Shown piece after piece: positions 34,897 to 46,765 of a DNA stretch of 64,000 nucleotides. Position 1 is the first letter of the stretch. Each line of letters opens with the position of its first letter. Below the pieces are notes generated by a model. The model was not told the origin of the DNA and did no database searches. It saw nothing but the letters and a program-made list of their open reading frames with translations. The stretch is from Macrostomum lignano (taxonomy: Eukaryota), in the NCBI GenBank assembly GCA_002269645.1, contig NIVC01003375.1, positions 1 to 64,000 on the forward strand, given 5' to 3'. Both the position numbers and the translations under genes were made by a program.

Positions 34897-35440
34897 TATT
34901 CCTCATCCAAGGAGGCATTTTTAGAAATTCCAAGAAATTCCAAGGAGGCAATAATGATTATAATATATAATCATTATATATAATCATTAATATATTATAA
35001 TTATTATAATATAATTGGAATTCCAAAGGCAGCAGGACAAGAACACTAACCCCAGGTAGCCCCACTAGTGATAATCCATGCTCCATAATCCATGATAATC
35101 CATAGTGATACAGAGGATCTAAATTCTAAACAGATAGCCAAATGACACGGACTAAGGGTGAAGCGGTCAGAAAGTCTGCAGCTGCTAAGTCTCCAAAGTG
35201 AGTGCAGTGTTTATTTTTACTCAACGACTTACGGGGGGAGAGAAAGAGAGAAGGAGGAGGGGCGGAGGGAGAGGCACCGCTTGCAAATCATAGTGAGGGA
35301 TTCGCGAGTGCATGTGACAAACAGACTGAATGTACGGCTTGAGTTTAAAATTGAAATTCATACGAGCCTGGAAGCTCAAATAGAAATAATGGCTTAAAAT
35401 TGAGGCCACATAAGTCACTGATATAGGCTTGAGTTCCTAC

Positions 35441-35945
<505 letters not shown>

Positions 35946-36257
35946 AACGGGACTGAATGAGCAGCAAAGCATAGCGACAAAGTATTGAATCAGTGCTGGC
36001 ACAAGCTGATGACAAAGCAAACAAAGGTTTCGCCAATCGGGTGGCTCCCACCGCGAGTCGGGGCTGGGGCGGATCGCGAGAGCCGCCGGTCTCGCGGGGC
36101 GCAGCTGATCAGCGCCCGCAACTGAAATTCTTGTATCGATTTTCACTCTGAGCAGGTCATAAATTCTTGGGAAATTCTCTCAACTCAAAATGGGGACTCA
36201 AAACGGTCAAGAACGGAAACGCAGAGGCAAGCGGTTCAACTAGTAGCAGAGCTCTCA

Positions 36258-37071
36258 ATGGGCTGCGCGCACAGCCGGCCCCGCAAGCAAAGCCGGTCCA
36301 AGGCCAAGCAGACCCGGAGGTCGCAGCGGCCGGCAATTCCGTGGAATTTCCGTCGGCGAAGCATCGAGCCGGACGGGTGCCGTGAGGCGCAGTCGGGCGG
36401 GTCCTCCGGGCACCGGTCCTGGGCCAGCCTGCACCAGGTCTCCAGCCACCAGCTGCTGCAGTGCCGGGTTGACCGGGCCGCTCAGCAGCAGCGGCTGTAC
36501 GACTTCGGCACCGCCTGGATGACGGGTGAGCCGGCTGAGGGGGTGCGAGCTCGGGACCTCTCGGAGATTTTATCCAAAACTCGGTCCTCAATGATTCATG
36601 TCTTAAACCATTTGCTTTATAAACTTATCGACCGAAAGAAAGACAGACTAATGAAGCCACATACAGACACAAAACAGCCATATACAGACACCAAGGCAGT
36701 CATATACAGACACCAAGACAGCCATATACAGACACCAAGACAGCCATATACAGACACCAAGACAGCCATATACAGACACCAAGACAGCCATATACAGACA
36801 CCAAGACAGCCATATACAGACACCAAGACAGCCTTATGCAGACACTTCAATTCCGCTGCCTACAGACTGCAGCACCGAGAACTGCATGCACGCCATGTGC
36901 ACCTCCAGAGAGCGAATCCGCAACGCCTTTGACGACTTTGGCGCCAGCGAGCAGCAGCTGAACCTCGATGCTCTCGACCGTCTGGACTTCGGCTCCAGCC
37001 CCACCGACAGGTGCTGCAGCGGCTGCGGCTGGGACGCGGAGCTCGATTGCTCGGCATCCTTCTACCTGTGA
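36258..37071 (+). CDS. Small uncharacterised protein (157 aa), exons 36258-36525 and 36866-37071; N-terminal MGCxxS acylation motif
   Basis: ACG G|GTGAGC donor and cctacag|AC acceptor join two ORF-track ORFs in frame (…AWMT-D-CSTENCMHAMC…); upstream GC-rich region with CCAAT and GGGGCGG at ~36030-36110. Confidence 0.65.
36660..36835. repeat. 22-bp minisatellite (cagccatatacagacaccaaga) in intron
   Basis: Direct reading. Confidence 0.9.
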
Positions 37072-37310
37072 CTTCGACCGCCATGCCCGAGCACCCGAGA
37101 CTGCGACTTTCATCAGAAGTTTATATTTGCTCTGAGTTAAAAATGTTTCTGATAGTTTTGTAGCATTGCAACTTGAACTTCATTTGACACTGTAAATTAC
37201 TGCGCTCTCACAGCTGTGCTGTCGGTGCAATACCAGCTTTTTAATGTAAATGAAAAATTTCATCATTTTAAATTAATTTATTGTATTCTTCAGTTTTCAA
37301 ATTTCTTTAA

Positions 37311-37717
37311 AACAGACAGACAGACAGACAGGCAGACAGACAGACAGACAGGCAGACTAACAGACAGACAGACAGACAGACAGACAGGCAGACAGACAGA
37401 CAGACAGACAGACAGACAGGCAGACAGACAGACAGACAGGCAGACAGACAGACAGACAGACAGGCAGACAGACAGACAGACAGGCAGGCAGACAGACAGA
37501 CAGGCAGGCAGACAGACAGACAGACAGGCAGGCAGACAGACAGACAGACAGACAGACAGGCAGACAGACAGACAGACAGACAGGCAGACAGACAGACAGA
37601 CAGACAGACAGGCATACAGACAGACAGACAGACAGACAGGCAGACAGACAGACAGACAGACAGGCAGGCAGACAGACAGACAGACAGACAGACAGGCAGA
37701 CAGACAGACAGGCAGGC

Positions 37718-37758
<41 letters not shown>

Positions 37759-37760
37759 CA
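37311..37760. repeat. (CAGA)n microsatellite with CAGG variants
   Basis: Direct reading; reverse complement of the 35441 tract. Confidence 0.97.
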
Positions 37761-38224
37761 CCGACAGCAGATGCATAAAGCTAACCCAGAAAATCTCACA
37801 GCAACATCGATGAAGCAGCAATGTTCTAAACAGCAGCAGCAGTCATTGGGACAATTATCAGATTGCGCTGACCCTTTTATCCCTAACAGCCCTCAATTGT
37901 TTCCAAAGTGGAAAACTTTCAAGCTCTCAAGCGGAACTGATGGCGGGCCTGATTGAACATGTCAGGTCAGTTCGATTCTTCGCATTTAATGCCGGCCCTA
38001 ATGGCAGTGAAATTCGGATCTTGAGAGTCGCTGATTGGCTGGCCGAGGGCTGCAGCTCTCCCGGTTGCACGCCGGCCGTGTCACCATGCAGCAGCGCGGC
38101 GGCCCATAAATACGGGGGCGGTTCCCTGGAGACCACCTCAGCGAACTCCAGCGATTTTATTCACCTGCGAAGCTGCAGCTGAAGAAAGAGCGCAATAAAG
38201 TAATTGAAAAATTTTATTGGTACA

Positions 38225-41200
38225 ATGAGGCATCCGATTGCAGCGCAGCTTCTGACTGCATTGAGTCTTCTCTGCATTGCTTACGGTAATAAACTGCTTT
38301 TTTGGTTGCCGAGCATCCCACTGGGACGATGGGTCAATTTTAGTTCAGTTAGTTCAAGTTAGTTCAAGTTTTAGTTCAATACCAGCTATTGCAGATTCAA
38401 TACCAGCTGTTGCAGATTCAATACCAGCTGTTGCATTTTCAATACCAGCTGTTGCAGATTCAATACCAGCTGTTGCAGATTCAATACCAGCTGTTGCAGA
38501 TTCAATACCAGCTGTTGCAGATTCAATACCAGCTGTTGCAGATTCAATACCAGCTGTTGCAGATTCAATACCAGCTGTTGCAGATTCAATACCAGCTGTT
38601 GCAGATTCAATACCAGCTGTTGCAGATTCAATACTAGCTGTTGCAGATTCAATACCAGCTGTTGCAGATTCAATACCAACTGTTGCAGATTCAATGCCAG
38701 CTGTTGCAGATTCAATGCCAGCTGTTGCAGATCAGTTGCATTTTTCCTCCCAATCCCACAGCAGGCAGCCCCGCCGGCCACTGCGGCAACCAGGACGGGC
38801 CACTTGGCATGATTTCGGGCGAAATCCGCGACTGGCAGGTGACGGCTTCGTCCAGCTTCCCGGAGAAATTCTCTTGGGGCCCGGTTGCCAGGGGCATCAC
38901 GCGCGACTCTACGGCCGTGACGGGCGGGCCTGGTGCCCGCAGTTCAACAGCCGCAGCGAGTGGCTGCAGATCGCGCTGGGCACGGAGGCCACGGTGACGG
39001 GGGTCATGACCCAGGGCCGCGGCGACGGCAAGGAGTGGGTCACCGCGTTCGCCGTCAACTACAGCAGCGACGCCATAAGCTGGCGGACGGTGCTGGACGA
39101 GGCTGGCAGGCCGAAGGTGAGAAGCCGAAGCTGGCAGGCCAATGCCGCTCTCTCCCATCCTTATGCTGCCCTCTTGCACTGATGGCGTCAAATTCAACTG
39201 AACTTCCAGATATTCGAAGGCAACGTGGACTCGTATTCGGTGAAGCACAATCTCTTCCAGCGGCCGTTCTCGGCCGAGTTCGTGAGGCTGCAGCCGCTGC
39301 AGTTTCACCGCCATCCCAGCATGCGAGTGGAGCTGCTGGGCTGCCAGCGTGAGTTCGCCAACAGTGGCAGTTTGCTGTTTTGTTATGATTGCTAGATTTA
39401 CAGACCCGTAATAACCACCAGTCCCGGCTGTCCCAATTATGGATTGCGCGCAGTCACAAGTCCCGGATCAACTTATCAGACTGCGCAAGTCCGATGCAGG
39501 AGACTGGGACTTTATTATCGAGGCTGAATGGCAAGCCCTGTGCGCTGCTTTGCCAGTCTGGCCGATAAAATTGCTGCTTTTTCAAGTGCATTTCTAAGGA
39601 TATTATTTGGCTCCCAGGCGAAGGCGGGCATAAAAAGTCGTATCTTAAAATAACGAATACTGTTGGGATTACTGGGACCGGTATCTTTGCCTGCAATGCT
39701 GTAATGAACCAGCATCAGGGCTGTAATGAACCAGCGTCAGGGCTGTAATGAATCAGCATCAGGGCTGTAATGAACCAGCATCAGGGCTGTAATGAACCAG
39801 CGTCAGGGCTGTAATGAACCAGCATCAGGGCTGTAATGAACCAGCATCAGGGCTGTAATGAACCAGCATCAGGGCTGTAATGAACCAGCATCAGGGCTGT
39901 AATGAACCAGCATCAGGGCTGTAATGAACCAGCGTCAGGGCTGTAATGAATCAGCATCAGGGCTGTAATGAACCAGCATCAGGGCTGTAATGAATCAGCA
40001 TCAGGGCTGTAATGAACCAGCATCAGGGCTGTAATGAACCAGCATCAGGGCTGTAATGAATCAGCATCAGGGCTGTAATGAACCAGCATCAGGGCTGTAA
40101 TGAACCAGCGTCAGGGCTGTAATGAACCAGCATCAGGGCTGTAATGAACCAGCATCAGGGCTGTAATGAATCAGCATCAGGGCTGTAATGAACCAGCATC
40201 AGGTCTGTAATGAACCAGCATCAGGGCTGTAATGAACCAGCGTCAGGGCTGTAATGAATCAGCATCAGGGCTGTAATGAACCAGCATCAGGGCTGTAATG
40301 AATCAGCATCAGGGCTGTAATGAACCAGCATCAGGGCTGTAATGAACCAGCATCAGGGCTGTAATGAACCAGCATCAGGGCTGTAATGAATCAGCATCAG
40401 GGCTGTAATGAACCAGCATCAGGGCTGTAATGAACCAGCATCAGGGCTGTAATGAATCAGCATCAGGGCTGTAATGAACCAGCATCAATGCTGTAATGAA
40501 CCAGCATCAGGGCTGTAATGAACCAGCATCAATGCTGTAATGAACCAGCATCAGGGCTGTAATGAACCAGCATCAATGCCGTAGTGCACCAGAATCAATG
40601 CTGTAATGAATCGGCATCACTAGGATCCATTTGAAATATGCATGAGTCCAGAGTGAAGTGCAGTGAAGGCAAACACTAATGACATCAACCCGATCATACT
40701 GACTGCCGACAGCCTGCAAGAAGTCGCTGGCTCAGCCGCCGTTCGCTCGGTTGACGGCCTCCAGCTCTCGCGGTCGGCGTGCAATGCGAACCTGCGACGC
40801 TTCGTACGGACACCTGTTCACTAGCAAGGCCTGGTGCGCCAAGCGGGTGAACAGTGAGTGACTTTACAATGTTTTTGTTGCGATGGCAACTGGGCTGGTC
40901 ACCAATAGGTATAGTGCTAAGTAGGTTACAGGTAGGGTACAGGTAGTACAGGTAGGTTACAGATGTATGTTACAAGTAGGTTACAGGTTTAGGTTGCAGG
41001 CAGGTTACAGGTGTAGGTTACTGGTAGGTTACAGGTGTAGGTTGCAGGCAGGTTACAGGTAGGTTACAGGTGTAGGTTACAAGTAGGTTACAGGTGTAGG
41101 TTGCAAGCAGGTTACAGGTAGGTTACAGGTGTAGGTTACAAGTAGGTTACAGGTGTAGGTTACTGGTAGGTTACAGATGTATGTTACAAGTAGGTTACAG

Positions 41201-44200
41201 GTGTAGGTTGCAGGCAGGTTACAGGTGTAGGTTACTGGTAGGTTACAGGTGTAGGTTGCAGGCAGGTTACAGGTAGGTTACAGATGTAGGTTACAAGTAG
41301 GTTACAGGTGTAGGTTGCAGGCAGGTTACAGGTAGGTTACAGATGTAGGTTACAAGTAGGTTACAGGTGTAGGTTGGAGGCAGGTTACAGGTAGGTTACA
41401 GGTGTAGGTTACTGGTAGGTTACAGGTGTAGGTTGCAGGCAGGTTACAGGTAGGTTACAGGTGTAGGTTACAAGTAGGTTACAGGTGTAGGTTGCAAGCA
41501 GGTTAAAGGTAGGTTACAGGTGTAGGTTACTGGTAGGTTACAGGTGTAGGTTACTGGTAGGTTACAGGTGTAGGTTGCAGGCAGGTTACAGGTAGGTTAC
41601 AGGTGTAGGTTACAAGTAGGTTACAGGTGTAGGTTGCAAGCAGGTTAAAGGTAGGTTACAGGTGTAGGTTACTGGTAGGTTACAGGTGTAGGTTACTGGT
41701 AGGTTACAGGTGTAGGTTACTGGTAGGTTACAGGTGTAGGTTACTGGTAGGTTACAGGTGTAGGTTACTGGTAGGTTACAGGTGTAGGTTACTGGTAGGT
41801 TACAGGTGTAGGTTACTGGTAGGTTACAGGTGTAGGTTGCAGGCAGGTTACAGGTTACAGGGTACGAGGTTAGCTGAAACAAACCAAGACCAAAACTGTG
41901 CAGCCAGCTCGAACAGAGCCGCCACCCACCCCCCGACCACGGATTTTAGGCGAGCAGTGGCTGGAGGTGGACCTCGGCCCGCCCGCTAGAGTTACCGGCT
42001 TGGTGACAAAAGGACGCGGCGATGGCAGGAAGGACACCTGGGTGACGTCTTACAGAGTTGCCTACAGCAACGACGGACTGTCGTGGGCCCTGTACAAAGA
42101 CGCGAACCATCTTATGCCCAAGGTAAACGGTAGTTTAAGAACATTTTTGAAAGCAGCGGCTTCATTTTTATAGCTATCGAATGGACAGCAGACATGCAGT
42201 TCATTAGCAGACCACAAGGCAAGCAGTTGGCTCTGCAGTTATGATCCGAGCGTCTGGCACAAACGCGGAGGGTCGCCCACTTAGAATCATGGCTCTCACG
42301 CTGGCAAGGCGAAACTCGATCGGGCTCTGCGACATGAATATCGGTCGGCATCTTCATCTCTGTCTCCCCCATTAGCGAATTCCGTGCATGCCAATAGGCG
42401 AGCGCACGGATTTCTCGAAGACTGGCCGCCACGCATTTGCGCAATCCGTTATGCGCTCGGGGCAGCGCGCAACAAGTTAAAAATGCAAACACGGGCGGCC
42501 GGAAGCATCGATAAGGAGAGGATCGGCGGCGCAAGGCAAGGCAAAGTTCAGCGACATTCCACCGCCAATGCGGATGATCCCAAAGACGCCAGGGCGAGGC
42601 CAGCAGATGAGGATAGAACAGAAAGTAGACAATTTTACTCGCAGCCATTTTAGCGATCATTTCGCAGTCTAATAATGGTCCATTACATTTCTTCGCATTC
42701 CTATTGCTGCTTTCGAGGCGTCATTAAGCTCTTCGATAGAGTACTTCGAAAGGCTTGGGGGGACTCGAATATCTCTGGCTTAATGGTTATTGCGAGATAA
42801 TGAGGCCATGTAGCGATTCGAGTGTTGCAGTCGTGGGCGATTCGCTCGCGCCCAAACTCGCTTCCATATTTTATCTTTGCCGCAACTCTGGCAACATTCG
42901 ACTTCGCATTTGAACTGCACTCGCACTAAAAGCGATCCAAAGACTTTCGTTTCTTCTGCTTGGCTCTGCTGGCCCCATATTGCACCGATTGATAGATGCC
43001 AAGGATATTGCAACACCGTCATTTTGTGCTAGTGGGAGCAGGTAGGACACGATGAAGTGGCCACTAAAAGGCTTTAATTTCTGCTTTTGTGTTGCCGCAC
43101 CAACCCGCAGCTGTTCCGCGGCAATCACAATCGGAACAGCGAGCGGGTGCACTACCTGTACCGGCCCTTCACCGCCCGCTACGTCCGCTTCCACCCGGTG
43201 GACTGGCACGGCGGTATCGCCATGCGAGTTGACGTCCTCGGCTGCCACCAGACGGACTCGTGCGCCAGCGGCAGCGGCGGCGCCTTCTTCCGCGTCAGCA
43301 ATTCCAGCCGCTGCCTGGCCAACCTGGCCTTCAACAAGCCGACCTGGATGGGCAGCGACGCCGCTGCCGGCGGCGGCAAGCACCGGAGGCGGCAAGTCGC
43401 CGACAGTCCCGACGGAATCACCAGCTGGGACAAAACCGAGACCATCGGCAACAGCTGCGTGCAGGTGTCGCCCGACGCGTCTGTGGTGGGATGGCTGGTC
43501 GATCTACGATTGAAGATGCTAGTACAGGGTGTACTACTCACGGCCAGTAGGAATATCTGCGTTTTGTTCTTATATTTATGTTATACTCAATTGTAGGGCT
43601 TTCAAAACGGATTAGAGTGCATGTGTTTCAAGAGGGTTTGCTTTTCACAATAGACTGCAGAGGACGTGGCGAAATGCCTGAGTCTCAGTCAGGGTGCTCA
43701 TTAAACTTTAATTTCTTCACAGACGGCACCCTGGCCGGTCCGCAGCGAAGACTGGAGGTGTACGTGGCGAGGAGATCGCGCCAGGTGATCAAGTCTGGCC
43801 GGTCGCACAGGCGCAGGATCGGGGCGAGAAAGTTTCTGTGCGGGATTGATCAGGCTGGCGCTGGCGCCGGAGCGCGTCCGCACGATCGGGTATGCTGCCT
43901 GCGTGTCTGTCTGCTCTCCCTGTGTCTGCTCATGCTCACCCTGTGTCTGCCTGCTCACCCTGTGTCTGCTCATGCTCACCCTGTGTCTGTCTGCTCACCC
44001 TGTGTCTGTCTGCTCACCCTGTGTCTGCTCATGCTCACCCTGTGTCTGTCTGCTCACCCTGTGTCTGTCTGCTAACCCTGTGTTTTTCTGCTAACCCTGT
44101 GTTTGTCTGCTCACCCTGTGTCTGTCTGCTCACCCTGTGTCTGTCTGCTCACCCTGTGTCTGTCTGCTCACCCTGTGTCTGTCTGCTCACCCTGTGTCTG

Positions 44201-45888
44201 TCTGCTCACCCTGTGTCTGCTCATGCTCACCCTGTGTCTGTCTGCTCACCCTGTGTCTGTCTGCTCACCCTGTGTCTGTCTGCTCACCCTGTGTCTGCTC
44301 ATGCTCACCCTGTGTCTGTCTGCTCACCCTGTGTCTGTCTGCTCACCCTGTGTCTGTCTGCTCACCCTGTGTCTGTCTGCTCACCCTGTGTCTGTCTGCC
44401 CACCATGTGTCCGCATGTTCATTCTGTTTAATCCCACTCATTCTGTAACCATATGTTCACTCTATCCGTTCACTCTGTGCCTGTCTGTCTGTCCATCTCA
44501 CCCTGTCTGTCCACTCAACCTGTCTGTCCACTCAACCTGTCTGTCCACTCAACCTGTCTGTCCACTCAACCTGTCTGTCCACTCAACCTGTCTGTCCACT
44601 CAACCTGTCTGTCCACTCAACCTGTCTGTCCACTCAACCTGTCTGTCCACTCAACCTGTCTGTCCACTCAACCTGTCTGTCCACTCAACCTGTCTGTCCA
44701 CTCAACCTGTCTGTCCACTCAACCTGTCTGTCCACTCAACCTGTCTGTCCACTCAACCTGTCTGTCCACTCAACCTGTCTGTCCACTCAACCTGTCTGTC
44801 CACTCAACCTGTCTGTCCACTCAACCTGTCTGTCCACTCAACCTGTCTGTCCACTCAACCTGTCTGTCCACTCAACCTGTCTGTCCACTCAACCTGTCTG
44901 TCCACTCAACCTGTCTGTCCACTCAACCTGTCTGTCCACTCAACCTGTCTGTCCACTCAACCTGTCTGTCCACTCAACCTGTCTGTCCACTCAACCTGTC
45001 TGTCCACTCAACCTGTCTGTCCACTCAACCTGTCTGTCCACTCAACCTGTCTGTCCACTCAACCTGTCTGTCCACTCAACCTGTCTGTCCACTCAACCTG
45101 TCTGTCCACTCAACCTGTCTGTCCACTCAACCTGTCTGTCCACTCAACCTGTCTGTCCACTCAACCTGTCTGTCCACTCAACCTGTCTGTCCACTCAACC
45201 TGTCTGTCCACTCAACCTGTCTGTCCACTCAACCTGTCTGTCCACTCAACCTGTCTGTCCACTCAACCTGTCTGTCCACTCAACCTGTCTGTCCACTCAA
45301 CCTGTCTGTCCACTCAACCTGTCTGTCCACTCAACCTGTCTGTCCACTCAACCTGTCTGTCCACTCAACCTGTCTGTCCACTCAACCTGTCTGTCCACTC
45401 AACCTGTCTGTCCACTCAACCTGTCTGTCCACTCAACCTGTCTGTCCACTCAACCTGTCTGTCCACTCAACCTGTCTGTCCACTCAACCTGTCTGTCCAC
45501 TCAACCTGTCTGTCCACTCAACCTGTCTGTCCACTCAACCTGTCTGTCCACTCAACCTGTCTGTCCACTCAACCTGTCTGTCCACTCAACCTGTCTGTCC
45601 ACTCAACCTGTCTGTCCACTCAACCTGTCTGTCCACTCAACCTGTCTGTCCACTCACTCTGCTTGGCACAAGCTTTAAATGCACGCAATTTGAGAGCCCC
45701 AAACAATTTTTGTCTATGGTTCAAAACTAGCCAATCACAATCCGCAGCTTCAGAGCACAATGGTCGCCTGCGGCAAGCCGATGTACGGTCGGTTCATCTA
45801 CATCGAGGCGAGCACGGGCGGGACGGTGGCCAGCCCGGGCTCAGCCGGTGCTCCGCCATCGGCAATGTGCAATCTTAGAGTCTACTGA
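38225..45888 (+). CDS. Secreted protein: signal peptide + two discoidin (F5/8 type C) domains + F-type-lectin-like domain; exons 38225-38285, 38762-39116, 39210-39348, 40713-40853, 41950-42122, 43111-43546, 43723-43889, 45754-45888; 1-nt frameshift near 38880
   Basis: MRHPIAAQLLTALSLLCIAY signal-like exon; PLGMISGEIRDWQVTASS / HHARLY / AWC / EWLQIALG..VTGVMTQGRG / MRVELLGC; second domain WLEVDLG..VTGLVTKGRG / MRVDVLGC; C-terminal NLAFNKP…LVDL…C..PMYGRFIYIE…C.L.VY. All junctions are GT-AG with matching phases. Confidence 0.88.
38375..38730. repeat. 21-bp minisatellite (ttcaataccagctgttgcaga) in intron 1
   Basis: Direct reading. Confidence 0.95.
39703..40600. repeat. 22-bp minisatellite (tcagggctgtaatgaaccagca)
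   Basis: Direct reading; intron of the discoidin gene. Confidence 0.96.
40920..41860. repeat. Degenerate aggttac-based minisatellite (~24-bp unit aggttacaggtgtaggttactggt)
   Basis: Direct reading. Confidence 0.93.
43900..44400. repeat. 19-bp minisatellite (tctgctcaccctgtgtctg)
   Basis: Direct reading. Confidence 0.93.
44503..45657. repeat. Highly homogeneous 17-bp minisatellite (ccactcaacctgtctgt), ~68 copies
   Basis: Direct reading. Confidence 0.98.
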
Positions 45889-46765
45889 GCTCGGCGACTT
45901 TGGCACCGCCGTCTCACTCTGCTGTATTGTGCGAACTTGCGAGTAGTTCAAGTCTGGCAACTAGAAACTTGAGAAGTTTGACGCACCTAGAATTCGCTTT
46001 GCATGCCTTTCTGCTTGAGCAAAAATTGTAAAAAAAGAACAACACGAACGCAATATTCGGGCAATTTTGCTAAATATATTGCGCAACCTCAGCTCAGTAC
46101 ATGAGTGTCTTCTAAAAATTATGACTCGCTTTAACTTCAAGTGCTGTTAAAGTTTTTATGTAAATTAGCTCGTTTTTACTGCAGTTGTTGGAAGTGCATA
46201 CAGAGAAGATGCTTTAAATAATTTTAAGAAAAAGAGGCCAGTTGGTTTTGGTAAATTGTAAAATGCCTGAAAAACTGAAGATGATGACTGGTAGCTCATA
46301 TATATTATATTAAAAAATGAATAATTGCAGGACAGATGAGAAACCTAAAAAAACTCTACCTGTTAATCAGTGCATCAATGGTGTCTGGCTTTTCCTGAAA
46401 CAAAAGTTTTTGTGATGCCCACTACAGCAGACTATCGTAGAAGATGCGAGTAGAGTTGAGACAGAAGAAGTTATGAATACAGGTAACTTTTTGGACAATG
46501 TCGCTCTCATATCATCTCGAATCCTCTGATTCAGAAGTCTCCGGTTGGTGCAGATGCTGCAAATGACAGGCTGACAATGCAGATTCAAGGTTGACAACTG
46601 CATCAAAACAAGCAAAAATGATCGAACCATTTCGCTTACCTGCATAGGCACAGATCTTCCCAGCGCAGAAAAGGCGAGTCTTTCGCAAGTTGTCAGCATT
46701 CCATTCTGAAACAGGAGCGGCACAGATGAGCTTTACAAATGGCAGGTGCAACTGAGGCTTTAGCT

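Noticed and set aside
38277-38760. IPAVADS-repeat N-terminus in frame with the discoidin domain
   Set aside because: A 21-bp intronic repeat read in the post-frameshift frame; a signal-peptide exon with matching splice phase explains the real N-terminus
44103-45878. 591-aa and 425-aa Cys/His-rich ORFs
   Set aside because: Translations of the 19-bp and 17-bp minisatellites within an intron
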